From contig JACOEM010000012.1 of NCBI GenBank assembly GCA_024998565.1, positions 45,403 through 109,402 on the forward strand: DNA of 64,000 nucleotides. The letters are read 5' to 3'. The DNA comes from Nitrospira sp. (GTDB lineage Bacteria > Nitrospirota > Nitrospiria > Nitrospirales > Nitrospiraceae). The first letter of the stretch is position 1; each line of letters starts with the position of its first letter. Both the position numbers and the translations under genes were made by a program. A model generated the notes under the pieces. That model ran no database searches. It was not told the DNA's origin and saw only the letters and a program-made list of their open reading frames with translations. Positions 33,649 through 41,972 of the stretch are shown in pieces.

Positions 33649-34854
33649 ATGCATATCACGAGAAAAAAGACGCGGCAGATTCAAGCGGGATCGGTCAAGA
33701 TCGGCGGAGATGCGCCGATTTCAGTCCAGTCGATGTGCTCGACGGATACACGCGATGTGAACGCCACGGTGGCCCAGATCCGTCAACTGGAAGAGGCCGG
33801 ATGTGAACTCATTCGTGTTGCCGTCCCTGATGACGAGGCGGCAGCGGCGCTTCCCCAGATCAAAGCCGCGATGACGGTTCCGCTGATCGCCGACATTCAC
33901 TTCGACCACCGCTTAGCCCTCAAGGCGGCGGAGGTGGTGGATTGCGTCCGCATCAATCCGGGCAACATCGGGGCCTGGTGGAAGGTGCAGGAAGTCATCA
34001 AGGCCGTCAACGAGCGGGGCATTCCCTTGCGCGTGGGCGTCAATGGCGGCTCGCTCGAACGTCCGCTGTTGGACAAGTATGGCTGGCCCTCTCCCGAAGC
34101 CCTGTCGGAGTCGGCGTTGAACGCCGTCCATGCCTTGGAAGACGAGGGCTTCACCAATATGAAGGTGTCGCTCAAGGCTTCCGACGTGCACCATGCCATC
34201 GATGCCTACTATTTGTTCTCCACCCAGGCCAATTATCCCCTGCATATCGGAATCACAGAAGCCGGTACGGCCATGACGGGCGCGGTGAAGTCCGCGATCG
34301 GCCTTGGCTGGCTCCTGTCGCAAGGGATCGGTGATACCCTCCGAGTCTCATTGGCGGCGGATCCGGTGGAGGAAGTCAAAGTCGGGTTCGAGATCCTCAA
34401 GTCGCTGGAGTTGCGCCATCGCGGCATCAACGTGATTGCCTGCCCGACCTGCGGCCGGGTTGAGATCGATGTGGTGCGCATGGCGAATGAACTGGAAAAG
34501 AAGCTCAGCCATATCAAGACGCCGCTGAACGTCTCCGTGCTCGGCTGTGTCGTGAACGGCATCGGGGAAGGCAAGGAAGCGGATATCGGTATCGCCGGCG
34601 GGGAAGGCAAGGGTATCCTCTTCAAGAAGGGCAAGTTGATGCGGAAAGTGCCGCTTGAAGAACTCATGGACACGCTGATCCACGAGGTTGAGTTACTGGC
34701 CAAGGAAAAAGAAGCCGAGGCCGCCGGCGTGACTCACGAAACGGCAGCATCGTCAGATGGGCAGGCGGAGCCTGGGTGGGAATTGATCGGCCATGCGCCG
34801 GATGAACATTCGACTATCGTCCGCGATATTCCTGTGCTTCCTACCAAGCGGTAA
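33649..34854 (+). CDS. ispG: (E)-4-hydroxy-3-methylbut-2-enyl-diphosphate synthase
   Basis: ADIHFD, RINPGN, HIGITEAG, CPTCGR, GCVVNGIGE. Confidence 0.98.
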   Translation: MHITRKKTRQIQAGSVKIGGDAPISVQSMCSTDTRDVNATVAQIRQLEEAGCELIRVAVPDDEAAAALPQIKAAMTVPLIADIHFDHRLALKAAEVVDCVRINPGNIGAWWKVQEVIKAVNERGIPLRVGVNGGSLERPLLDKYGWPSPEALSESALNAVHALEDEGFTNMKVSLKASDVHHAIDAYYLFSTQANYPLHIGITEAGTAMTGAVKSAIGLGWLLSQGIGDTLRVSLAADPVEEVKVGFEILKSLELRHRGINVIACPTCGRVEIDVVRMANELEKKLSHIKTPLNVSVLGCVVNGIGEGKEADIGIAGGEGKGILFKKGKLMRKVPLEELMDTLIHEVELLAKEKEAEAAGVTHETAASSDGQAEPGWELIGHAPDEHSTIVRDIPVLPTKR

Positions 34855-34914
34855 GCCGCCGATTTCCAGGCCAACAGTGTCGTCCCAACTGCTCGACTAG
34901 GGCCGTTTTGCCGG

Positions 34915-34944
34915 TTGTGTTCCAGCCCTGCTCCCTTCTATAAT
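34915..34944 (+). promoter_or_regulatory. Candidate tRNA promoter
   Basis: TTGTGT-18nt-TATAAT ending 10 nt before the tRNA. Confidence 0.55.
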
Positions 34945-34954
34945 CACCCCCCGT

Positions 34955-35030
34955 GGCGCCGTACCCAAGTGGCTAAGGGAGCAGTCTGCAAAACTGCGAT
35001 GCGGCGGTTCGAACCCGCCCGGCGCCTCCA
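34955..35030 (+). tRNA. tRNA-Cys (GCA)
   Basis: Acceptor GGCGCCG/CGGCGCC, anticodon stem GCAGT/ACTGC with loop CTGCAAA, T arm GGTTCGAAC, discriminator T + CCA. Confidence 0.97.
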
Positions 35031-36175
35031 ATCATTCCTGCAGATATCTCAGAGGGTTCGGTGATTCTGACCGGACCCTGTTCCACCCGCTGATTTTCGT
35101 TACTCCCGGTTTTACTCCCGGTTCCACTCGCACTTTTCGACGCAATCGCTCCTAAACTCGCTCGATTTACCGCCGTTCGCAGATGGGCCGGGGAGAGATG
35201 GGCGTAGCGCATTGTCATCGTGATCGTGGAATGGCCCATCAGTTCCTGCACTGTCCTGATATCCACTCCTGCCATGACAGCCCGAGACGCGAAGGTATGC
35301 CGTAAGGTGTGCCAGGTGACATCTTCGATTTTAGCTCGCTTCAAGGCTGGCTCGTAGATCTTCACCACAAAGTTGCGCCCCTGCATCGGTTGTGCGGAGG
35401 TAAGAGGACTCGGGAACAGGAATGGGCTGTGCATCCACGAGGTGAGACCCTTGACGATGTCCAGCGCGGCATCCGTCAGAATGACGTGGCGGGTCTTGCC
35501 GGACTTACTCAATGGAATGGTCAAGATGCCCTGTTCGGTGTTCAGGCAGTCCCAGCGCGAATGAAACTGCTCGGTGAGGCGTAACCCTGTTTCGAGAGCG
35601 AAGGCCACAATCAACCAGTGCTCTGGAGGCAAGGTATCGCGCAGGCTGGAGATTTCTCTATCACTAAGGAACCGTAGTCGCCCGGCTGGTTCTGAAAAGA
35701 ACTTCACGCCTTTGACTGGATTGGCCGAAAGCAAACCATCGGCAATCGCCAAGTTCAGGATGCGTCGCAGGGCTCCAAAGTAGCGGTTAATCGTTCGGGC
35801 GGTTCGTGTGCCCTTGTGCTTCATTTTGGCTTGGATATGCCGTAAGTCGTCGGCGGTAATCTCGGTCAGAAGCTTCCGTCCTAGGAGCTTCGACCAGAAC
35901 TTTCCATAGCGATGCACATTCCGAAGACCTGGTGAAGTCACGCCTTCCAGATACCGCGCAATCCATGCCCGGAGGGTCAATTCCTTGGAGACGGCATACT
36001 TCTCGGGAAAGTAGCGATTTTCGCGAGCCTCGGACCGCAACCGACCGTACAGTGTCTTGGCTTGGCTCTTGGAGTCCGCCCGGAACCATTTCTCCCGGCC
36101 ATTCACATACAGGCGGACCCACCAACCGCCTTGCTTAAACACCACCCCACGGTCTTTACCGTTTCGCCTTGCCAT
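34973..36175 (-). CDS. int: Tyrosine recombinase/integrase
   Basis: N-terminal arm-binding-like domain, TGLRLTE (R), SKSGK (K), HTLRH, LMGHS, RYAH (Y); stop lies inside the tRNA. Confidence 0.95.
   Translation of the reverse strand: MARRNGKDRGVVFKQGGWWVRLYVNGREKWFRADSKSQAKTLYGRLRSEARENRYFPEKYAVSKELTLRAWIARYLEGVTSPGLRNVHRYGKFWSKLLGRKLLTEITADDLRHIQAKMKHKGTRTARTINRYFGALRRILNLAIADGLLSANPVKGVKFFSEPAGRLRFLSDREISSLRDTLPPEHWLIVAFALETGLRLTEQFHSRWDCLNTEQGILTIPLSKSGKTRHVILTDAALDIVKGLTSWMHSPFLFPSPLTSAQPMQGRNFVVKIYEPALKRAKIEDVTWHTLRHTFASRAVMAGVDIRTVQELMGHSTITMTMRYAHLSPAHLRTAVNRASLGAIASKSASGTGSKTGSNENQRVEQGPVRITEPSEISAGMIGGAGRVRTAASQFCRLLP
35100..35135 (+). repeat. 12-bp-period tandem repeats (TTACTCCCGGTT x2 plus a degenerate unit), probable integrase arm sites
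   Basis: Read directly; same motif occurs near the other att copies. Confidence 0.7.
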
Positions 36176-36872
36176 CGGGCTTTCCCTTTCGGTTTTTCAT
36201 GTCGGAATCCGCCGTTGTGCCAGTCCTACCTACTGAGGCTTTTTGTTTCTTCGGTAGATGTTTCTCTCGCCATTTACGAGTGGCCACTCGTGTCTGGCAC
36301 CGAGGACCGCAGTATGTTTGATCAAACCGAATCGCTAAGTAAATCCGTTGGCATTCTGGGCAACGGCGAATTCGCCCGGAATAGTCGACCAATAAATGGG
36401 CGAACCGATATTCAAACTCCTTCACTTTTCGCTTTGTGGCAACAAACACATTCCCTTTTCGTTCGTGGTCCGCGCCAGGCAGTGTGACAATGATGGTGAA
36501 TTGAGGGAACGTGAAGGCAGTCACTGCCTTTTCCCATAAGTTTTCCAGGCTGTGGAGGACCATGGTCTGAACCTCCTTGGCCTCTGCGCTGCTTGGAATA
36601 GTGCCACGAAACCTCTCTCCTGGGATAGATTGGACGCTCCACCCTCCTTCTGTCGCGATTTCCTCCCCATGGCGATTCGCGACGTCATCCACAAAGCTGG
36701 CCACCTCGAAAGCCAGGACCATCCATTCACTTGGCGTGAGAGCTTCTAGGTCGGTCTGGATAAACTTCAAGAGCCAGCCGACTTCGCCGTCTGCTGTGGT
36801 GAGAATCCGCTCTCTGGCCTTCTTCATCTCGCCGTAGAACTGCTCAAAAATTGCGGCACGGTCTATGGTCAT
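36156..36872 (-). CDS. Hypothetical protein with C-terminal CGNR-like zinc finger
   Basis: RRCPECQRIY...TYCGPRCQTRVATRKWR; GGAGAGG RBS; stop overlaps int start. Confidence 0.65.
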   Translation of the reverse strand: MTIDRAAIFEQFYGEMKKARERILTTADGEVGWLLKFIQTDLEALTPSEWMVLAFEVASFVDDVANRHGEEIATEGGWSVQSIPGERFRGTIPSSAEAKEVQTMVLHSLENLWEKAVTAFTFPQFTIIVTLPGADHERKGNVFVATKRKVKEFEYRFAHLLVDYSGRIRRCPECQRIYLAIRFDQTYCGPRCQTRVATRKWREKHLPKKQKASVGRTGTTADSDMKNRKGKPDGKAKR

Positions 36873-37015
36873 CTGACCTCTCCTTCTGTAGCTGGCTTCG
36901 GCAGCTTCATCACTCCACCCCATTTCATATGAAAAAACTGGAGGTGAACGAGGCACCTTGGGACTGAAAACTCTTGGGGAGTGTACCTCGTCAATGGTAA
37001 TGCATGTCAATGAGC

Positions 37016-37043
37016 GTTATGCCTAATAAGTATTAGGCATAAC
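37016..37043. promoter_or_regulatory. Perfect 13-bp inverted repeat (operator-like) between divergent genes
   Basis: GTTATGCCTAATA-AG-TATTAGGCATAAC. Confidence 0.65.
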
Positions 37044-37077
37044 AGAAATGATTCACTCATTACCAAGGAGGTGCCCG

Positions 37078-37287
37078 ATGGTCCCGAGTACAAAATTGAT
37101 CACCATTCGAGAAGCGGCAAATCGGTTAGGGCTCAAGGAAAGCACGATCAGGAAATACATCCTGAAACGGCAGATCGCCTATGTGAAGCCGTCGGTGCGC
37201 GCCGTACGGATTCCCATCGAAGAACTCGAACGGATTCTGTCTGCCGGCCTCAGACCTGCCATCCCTCAAGCGGAAGGTGCCCGATGA
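37078..37287 (+). CDS. Excisionase-like helix-turn-helix protein (HTH_17/MerR-like)
   Basis: LITIREAANRLGLKESTIRKYI...VRIP pattern; AAGGAGG RBS. Confidence 0.8.
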   Translation: MVPSTKLITIREAANRLGLKESTIRKYILKRQIAYVKPSVRAVRIPIEELERILSAGLRPAIPQAEGAR

Positions 37288-37997
37288 GCCGCTGGAAGGA
37301 GTTCCGGCGGGAGCCCGTCGCCGGGGAATGGACGCGAAAGCAGAAACGAGGCTATCACCGCGTCCGGTCGCTGCTTTGGTTCTGGGAATGCCACCAGTTC
37401 CAGGTGCTCTGGGTCACGCTCTCCACGGCAGAAGGCGGGGATGCGGAGAAGCTGACCTACCATCATAAACAACTGCGTCAGCGGATCGAACGCCAGCTCG
37501 GCTTTCAGGGGTTGGAGTATTACCAGGTCCGGACTGAGGAAGGGCATGGCGTCCTCCATATCTTCTGGGCCTGGCGGGTGCCGGACGGGGAGCGCGCCCG
37601 CCGCTTCTGGATCTCTCAGGAATGGCTTTCCTCCCAGTGGCAAGCCCTCCACGGGGCTCCGGTGGTCTGGATCAAGGCCTATCAGCCTAGCCATCGTTCA
37701 CGAAACCGTCTCAGCCGCTATGTCATCAGCCAGTACGTCCAGGATCAATGTGGCTACGTGAATATGTGTTGGTCCTGGAAGCGGTCGCTGGGCTTTCCCA
37801 TCAGCCGACTGTGGGAGGAGATGCGGCATCAATGGTCGACCAGGAATGCCTACCGACGGATCAGAGGCGAGATTGAAATCCCGAGGATCGTTTTCATCAA
37901 GACCTGGGAGGATCTGCTGTCAGGGCATCCCATTTGGTTTAGCGGCACCATTCTGCAACTCGTGCTGGGGAAGGGGCTTGTCTATCAGGAGGTGTGA
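37284..37997 (+). CDS. Putative rolling-circle Rep-like protein (atypical HUH motifs)
   Basis: WVTLST (motif I-like), EEGHGVLHIF (motif II-like), RYVISQY (motif III-like); ATGA overlap with xis stop. Confidence 0.5.
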   Translation: MSRWKEFRREPVAGEWTRKQKRGYHRVRSLLWFWECHQFQVLWVTLSTAEGGDAEKLTYHHKQLRQRIERQLGFQGLEYYQVRTEEGHGVLHIFWAWRVPDGERARRFWISQEWLSSQWQALHGAPVVWIKAYQPSHRSRNRLSRYVISQYVQDQCGYVNMCWSWKRSLGFPISRLWEEMRHQWSTRNAYRRIRGEIEIPRIVFIKTWEDLLSGHPIWFSGTILQLVLGKGLVYQEV

Positions 37998-37999
37998 GG

Positions 38000-38227
38000 A
38001 TGATCTGGCATCGATGCGATCTGAAGCTGCCGAGTCTATTTGGGCCGGCAGGTTGCAGACGGGAAGCCACCACGTATGATCGTGCGCGCAAAGCCTGTCT
38101 CTGTTCTGAGCATACGAAGGAACGGCTCTGCGAGTTTTGCCAATTTGAACGGGCGTGGGTGCGGTTTTGTTATAGGGAGCATGACGTCACATGCGAAATC
38201 TGGCTCTGTATCGACTGTGCGGGCTGA
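38000..38227 (+). CDS. Small Cys-rich hypothetical protein
   Basis: 75 aa with 10 Cys including CLC, CEFC, CIDC; AGGAGG RBS; abuts rep stop. Confidence 0.5.
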   Translation: MIWHRCDLKLPSLFGPAGCRREATTYDRARKACLCSEHTKERLCEFCQFERAWVRFCYREHDVTCEIWLCIDCAG

Positions 38228-38366
38228 CCACTCGTAGTCTCGATTCTTAAAATTCTCGGCTACCGCCACATGGAATATTCGCTCGATTAAACCAGGCCTT
38301 GGCATTGAAAGCGGACATTTCCTCAGCATGCCAGGATTTTTTCAGTTGGGTCTATAATCTATGGCT

Positions 38367-38394
38367 GTGATGAATTTGTGACGGACGCTATGCT
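38367..38394 (+). promoter_or_regulatory. OmpR-type direct repeat and -10-like hexamer upstream of response regulator
   Basis: GTGA at 38367 and 38378 (11-bp period), TATGCT at 38389. Confidence 0.5.
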
Positions 38395-38420
38395 AAAGGC
38401 ATTCCTGCTGCCTCGAATAT

Positions 38421-39149
38421 ATGGTTTTTATGGCTAAACAAATTCTTGTCGTAGAAGACGACTTAGATATTGGTCGGCTCTTGGAGATGCACCTGACCGA
38501 CACCGCATATGCCGTAGAGATCGCCAAAACCGGAGAGGATGGCCTTCAATGTGTGCTCTCGAAGAGATATGACCTTATTATTCTTGACGTGATGCTGCCT
38601 GGCATCGACGGGTTAGAGATATGTCGGCAGCTTCGATCGCTCCCCACCTATACACCCATCCTCATGTTGACTGCGAAATCCTCAGAAATAGACCGGGTCC
38701 TTGGGCTGGAAGTTGGTGCTGACGACTATGTTACTAAACCATTTAGTGTTCGAGAACTGCTCGCACGTGTAAAGGCCCTCTTCCGCCGTTCTGAAGCATT
38801 TAGAGATAAGACGCAGGACCTTCAGAAAACTATCCGCGCAAAGGGCCTCTTCATCGATGTTGAAAAACGGAAGGTCACAGTGAGAGGCAGCTTGAGGGAT
38901 CTCACGGCCAAAGAGTTCGATTTGCTCCTGCAGTTTGCATCCCATCCAGGCCGAGTTTATACGCGCAGTCAGCTTCTCGATTCGGTCTGGGGTTACGGTC
39001 ACGACGGCTATGAACACACGGTAAATTCCCATATCAACAGATTGCGCGCCAAGATTGAAAAGGATTCGGCCAAGCCCGACTTTATTCTGACTGTGTGGGG
39101 CGTCGGATACAAATTCTGTGAACTAGAAGGATCCGGCTTAAAGGACTGA
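38421..39149 (+). CDS. OmpR-family response regulator
   Basis: DLIILDVMLPG, LTAK, KPF, HTVNSHINRLRAKIE. Confidence 0.93.
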   Translation: MVFMAKQILVVEDDLDIGRLLEMHLTDTAYAVEIAKTGEDGLQCVLSKRYDLIILDVMLPGIDGLEICRQLRSLPTYTPILMLTAKSSEIDRVLGLEVGADDYVTKPFSVRELLARVKALFRRSEAFRDKTQDLQKTIRAKGLFIDVEKRKVTVRGSLRDLTAKEFDLLLQFASHPGRVYTRSQLLDSVWGYGHDGYEHTVNSHINRLRAKIEKDSAKPDFILTVWGVGYKFCELEGSGLKD

Positions 39150-39151
39150 CC

Positions 39152-40630
39152 ATGTCGCGGTCACTCTACGGCAAACTCGCCCTTGTGTTGCTCTTCCTGT
39201 TTTGTGCGGTTGGGGTTCTATACACTCTCCTAACGGTCTTCACGACGCGCATGTATCAGCAGGAAGTGAATCAGAAGCTGAACCGTGCTCTGGCCAGAAA
39301 CATTGTTGCTGACCAGTTACTAAGCAGCCAAGGAGAGGTGAGTCCGTACGCTCTGAAAGAACTGTTTCACCTACTTATGGTTATCAATCCGAGCATTGAG
39401 ATGTACTTGCTTGATGAGAATGGGGGCATAGTCAACTTCTCCGCTCCCACTGAGAAGGTCAAGCGCTCGGCTGTCTCGTTAGAACCAATACATCGTTTTC
39501 TCACCGAGGCGGACGCATTTCCTATTCTTGGTGACGATCCCCGTGATGCGACTCGCCAGAAGGTCTTTTCTGTTTCAGCCATACCCTTACACGGACAACC
39601 AACAGGATATCTGTACATTGTCCTTGGCGGAGAGGAGTATGACTCCGTCGCCGATATGCTGAATCGGAGCTACATCTTCCGGCTGAGTCTCTGGGCAGCA
39701 CTTACCGGCTTACTGTTCGCTCTTTTGGGCGGTCTCTTTCTATTCAACATGCTCACCAGAAGGTTAACCAAACTAGCATCGACGATGGAAACGTTCGCAA
39801 AGAGCGATTTTTCAGAGGCGCTCGAGCTGCATCCTCAGGATTTCATTCCTGAGCGGAATAGTGATGAAATTGATCGGCTCCGGTCCACATTCAATCGGAT
39901 GGTAGAACGAATTCTTCAGCAAGTGGCCACTTTGAAGCAGACGGACATCCTTCGGCGTGAGTTGGTGGCCAATGTGTCCCATGATTTGCGTACCCCCCTG
40001 GCATCCTTGCATGGGTATCTGGAAACGTTACTGATGAAAGAAGGGACGCTTACACGAGAGGAATACCGGACGTTTCTCGACATTGCCCTCAAGCAAAGCC
40101 AACGGCTTAGGGAGCTTGTGGGGGAACTCTTTGAATTGGCTCGCTTAGATTCGCGTGAAGCTCGCATTCAATGCGAACAATTTTCTTTAGCCGAGCTTGT
40201 CCAGGATGTGTGTCAAAAGTTTCAACTCACCGTCGCAAATAGGGGGATAGCCCTAAAGAGCAGTTTTACAGATGATCTGCCATTTGTGGAGGCTGATATC
40301 GGCCTCATCGAGCGGGCGCTAGAAAACATAATCAATAATGCTACTCGCTATACACCGAGCGGAGGGACCATTGCGATTTCGTTAAGCCACGAATCCGGCT
40401 CGGTTATGATACGAATTTCTGATACTGGCTGTGGTATCGCTGATCACGACTTGCCTTATATTTTTGATCGTTTTTATAGGGCGAATCGACAAAATCAGCC
40501 TGGAGGAGCTGGGCTCGGGCTGGCCATTACTAAGCGAATCCTAGAGCTACATGGAAGTACAATTCGAGCAGAGAGTATACCTAACATCGGAACCATCATC
40601 AGCTTTGAACTGCCCACCGTGCACTTCTAG
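39152..40630 (+). CDS. Sensor histidine kinase (periplasmic sensor-HAMP-HisKA-HATPase)
   Basis: Two TM helices, NVSHDLRTPL, ENIINNA, DTGCGI, GAGLGL. Confidence 0.93.
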   Translation: MSRSLYGKLALVLLFLFCAVGVLYTLLTVFTTRMYQQEVNQKLNRALARNIVADQLLSSQGEVSPYALKELFHLLMVINPSIEMYLLDENGGIVNFSAPTEKVKRSAVSLEPIHRFLTEADAFPILGDDPRDATRQKVFSVSAIPLHGQPTGYLYIVLGGEEYDSVADMLNRSYIFRLSLWAALTGLLFALLGGLFLFNMLTRRLTKLASTMETFAKSDFSEALELHPQDFIPERNSDEIDRLRSTFNRMVERILQQVATLKQTDILRRELVANVSHDLRTPLASLHGYLETLLMKEGTLTREEYRTFLDIALKQSQRLRELVGELFELARLDSREARIQCEQFSLAELVQDVCQKFQLTVANRGIALKSSFTDDLPFVEADIGLIERALENIINNATRYTPSGGTIAISLSHESGSVMIRISDTGCGIADHDLPYIFDRFYRANRQNQPGGAGLGLAITKRILELHGSTIRAESIPNIGTIISFELPTVHF

Positions 40631-40674
40631 TCTCTATTGTTCTCGACCGTTACGGGCCGCTCGCCACATCAGGC

Positions 40675-40728
40675 GTGATAAAAATGTGACAATTTCGTGA
40701 GATCGATGTGAAGGGGCAGGGCTATGCT
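40675..40728 (+). promoter_or_regulatory. Four GTGA direct repeats at 11-bp period upstream of cld
   Basis: GTGA at 40675, 40686, 40697, 40708; TATGCT at 40723. Confidence 0.6.
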
Positions 40729-40781
40729 TGACCATGCATTGGGTTGTACCAGCCCTTTTAACCGAAAAGGAGAACGGACTT

Positions 40782-41576
40782 ATGAAGAGAATCAGTCAGA
40801 TTTCGATGGTTGCGCTTCTATTATGCTTCCTTCCCATGTTGTCTGTAGTGAGTGAGGCGGCCATGGATCACGACAAGCTCTTAAAGGATCCTGGTGTCTA
40901 CGCAACGTTTGCTGTGTTCAAGATGGGGGAGCACTGGTGGCAGATGGATCATGAAGCGCGTGTCAAGGCGGCCTCCGAAATGAAAAAGGTGTTCGAAAAG
41001 CACGCCGATAAGTTAATAGTCGATACGCATTTGCTTCGTGGTCTGTCTGAGAGAGCTGATGTACTTGTCAGGATTCACTCGAAAGAGATGGTTCATAATC
41101 AGAACTTCTTGTTAGACCTCATGGGGACCACTATGGGGATGGATATGAAAAATACTGACACCTTCAATGGCATCACCAAAACCCTAAATTATGTCCCTAG
41201 CTTCCCAGAAGAACTGAAGGGGGAGTTGAAGACACCGCCACCTCAGGGCAGCCCATACGTTATAGTGGTTCCTATACGCAAGGACGCAGAATGGTGGATT
41301 TCTGGACAAGACACCCGAACAGGCCTGATGAAGGAACACACGGATGCGACGGTCGCATACTTGAAGACGGTGAAACGGAAGCTCTATCACTCCAGCGGGT
41401 TGGATGATTGGGATTTTATTACCTACTTTGAAACATCCAAGCTGGATGATTTCAACAATCTTGTGACTGGATTGCTCAAGGTCAAGGAGAACCGTCATAA
41501 TAGGCGTTTCGGTGATCCTCTCCTGTTGGGGACCATTCGACCATTGGATGAAATCCTCGATATTCTCAGTCGCTAG
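40782..41576 (+). CDS. cld: Chlorite dismutase (long/clade 1 type, exported)
   Basis: Signal peptide; PIRKDAEWW, proximal EHT, distal Arg in KTVKRKLYHS, DFITYFET, KVKENRHNRRFG, matching the recalled Nitrospira defluvii Cld layout; 264 aa. Confidence 0.88.
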   Translation: MKRISQISMVALLLCFLPMLSVVSEAAMDHDKLLKDPGVYATFAVFKMGEHWWQMDHEARVKAASEMKKVFEKHADKLIVDTHLLRGLSERADVLVRIHSKEMVHNQNFLLDLMGTTMGMDMKNTDTFNGITKTLNYVPSFPEELKGELKTPPPQGSPYVIVVPIRKDAEWWISGQDTRTGLMKEHTDATVAYLKTVKRKLYHSSGLDDWDFITYFETSKLDDFNNLVTGLLKVKENRHNRRFGDPLLLGTIRPLDEILDILSR

Positions 41577-41605
41577 TCTATTTCGCTCGCGCGTTCCAGA
41601 ACACG

Positions 41606-41636
41606 GTGACCACCTGGGAACAGGTGGTCACTTCTA
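41606..41636 (+). terminator. Hairpin after cld
   Basis: GTGACCACCTG-GGAA-CAGGTGGTCAC perfect 11-bp stem. Confidence 0.6.
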
Positions 41637-41695
41637 TGCTGGTACTCACAAATCTTTACTTCTAATACTTAGTTATAGGCTCTATATCCGCCCCA

Positions 41696-41972
41696 CCCTG
41701 TCACCACCTGTTGGCTTCTCAGGGGGTGAGAGGGAGGAAATGCAGGGTTATTTTCAAGTGGTGACGGCGATGCGCTAGCTTGGCCGTCCCCTTGGTGAAT
41801 TAGTGGCCATGCAGAGTTGAGATGAAGACTTTGTCTGCCCAGGATTATCAACTAGACGCGAAATATGCTGACCACGAAGGCCCGCCGGCCGCTCCGGACT
41901 GCCGGGGCCGGACGGCCGGGGGGCTCGGGGGCGCAGCCCCCGCTTCACTTGATCTATATGGTCAAAGTAGGA
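41696..41972 (+). repeat. Origin-like module copy A (hairpins + 95-bp repeat)
   Basis: Homologous to 43920-44194; 95-bp core 41878-41972 matches copy B at 84/95, last 48 bp identical. Confidence 0.8.
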
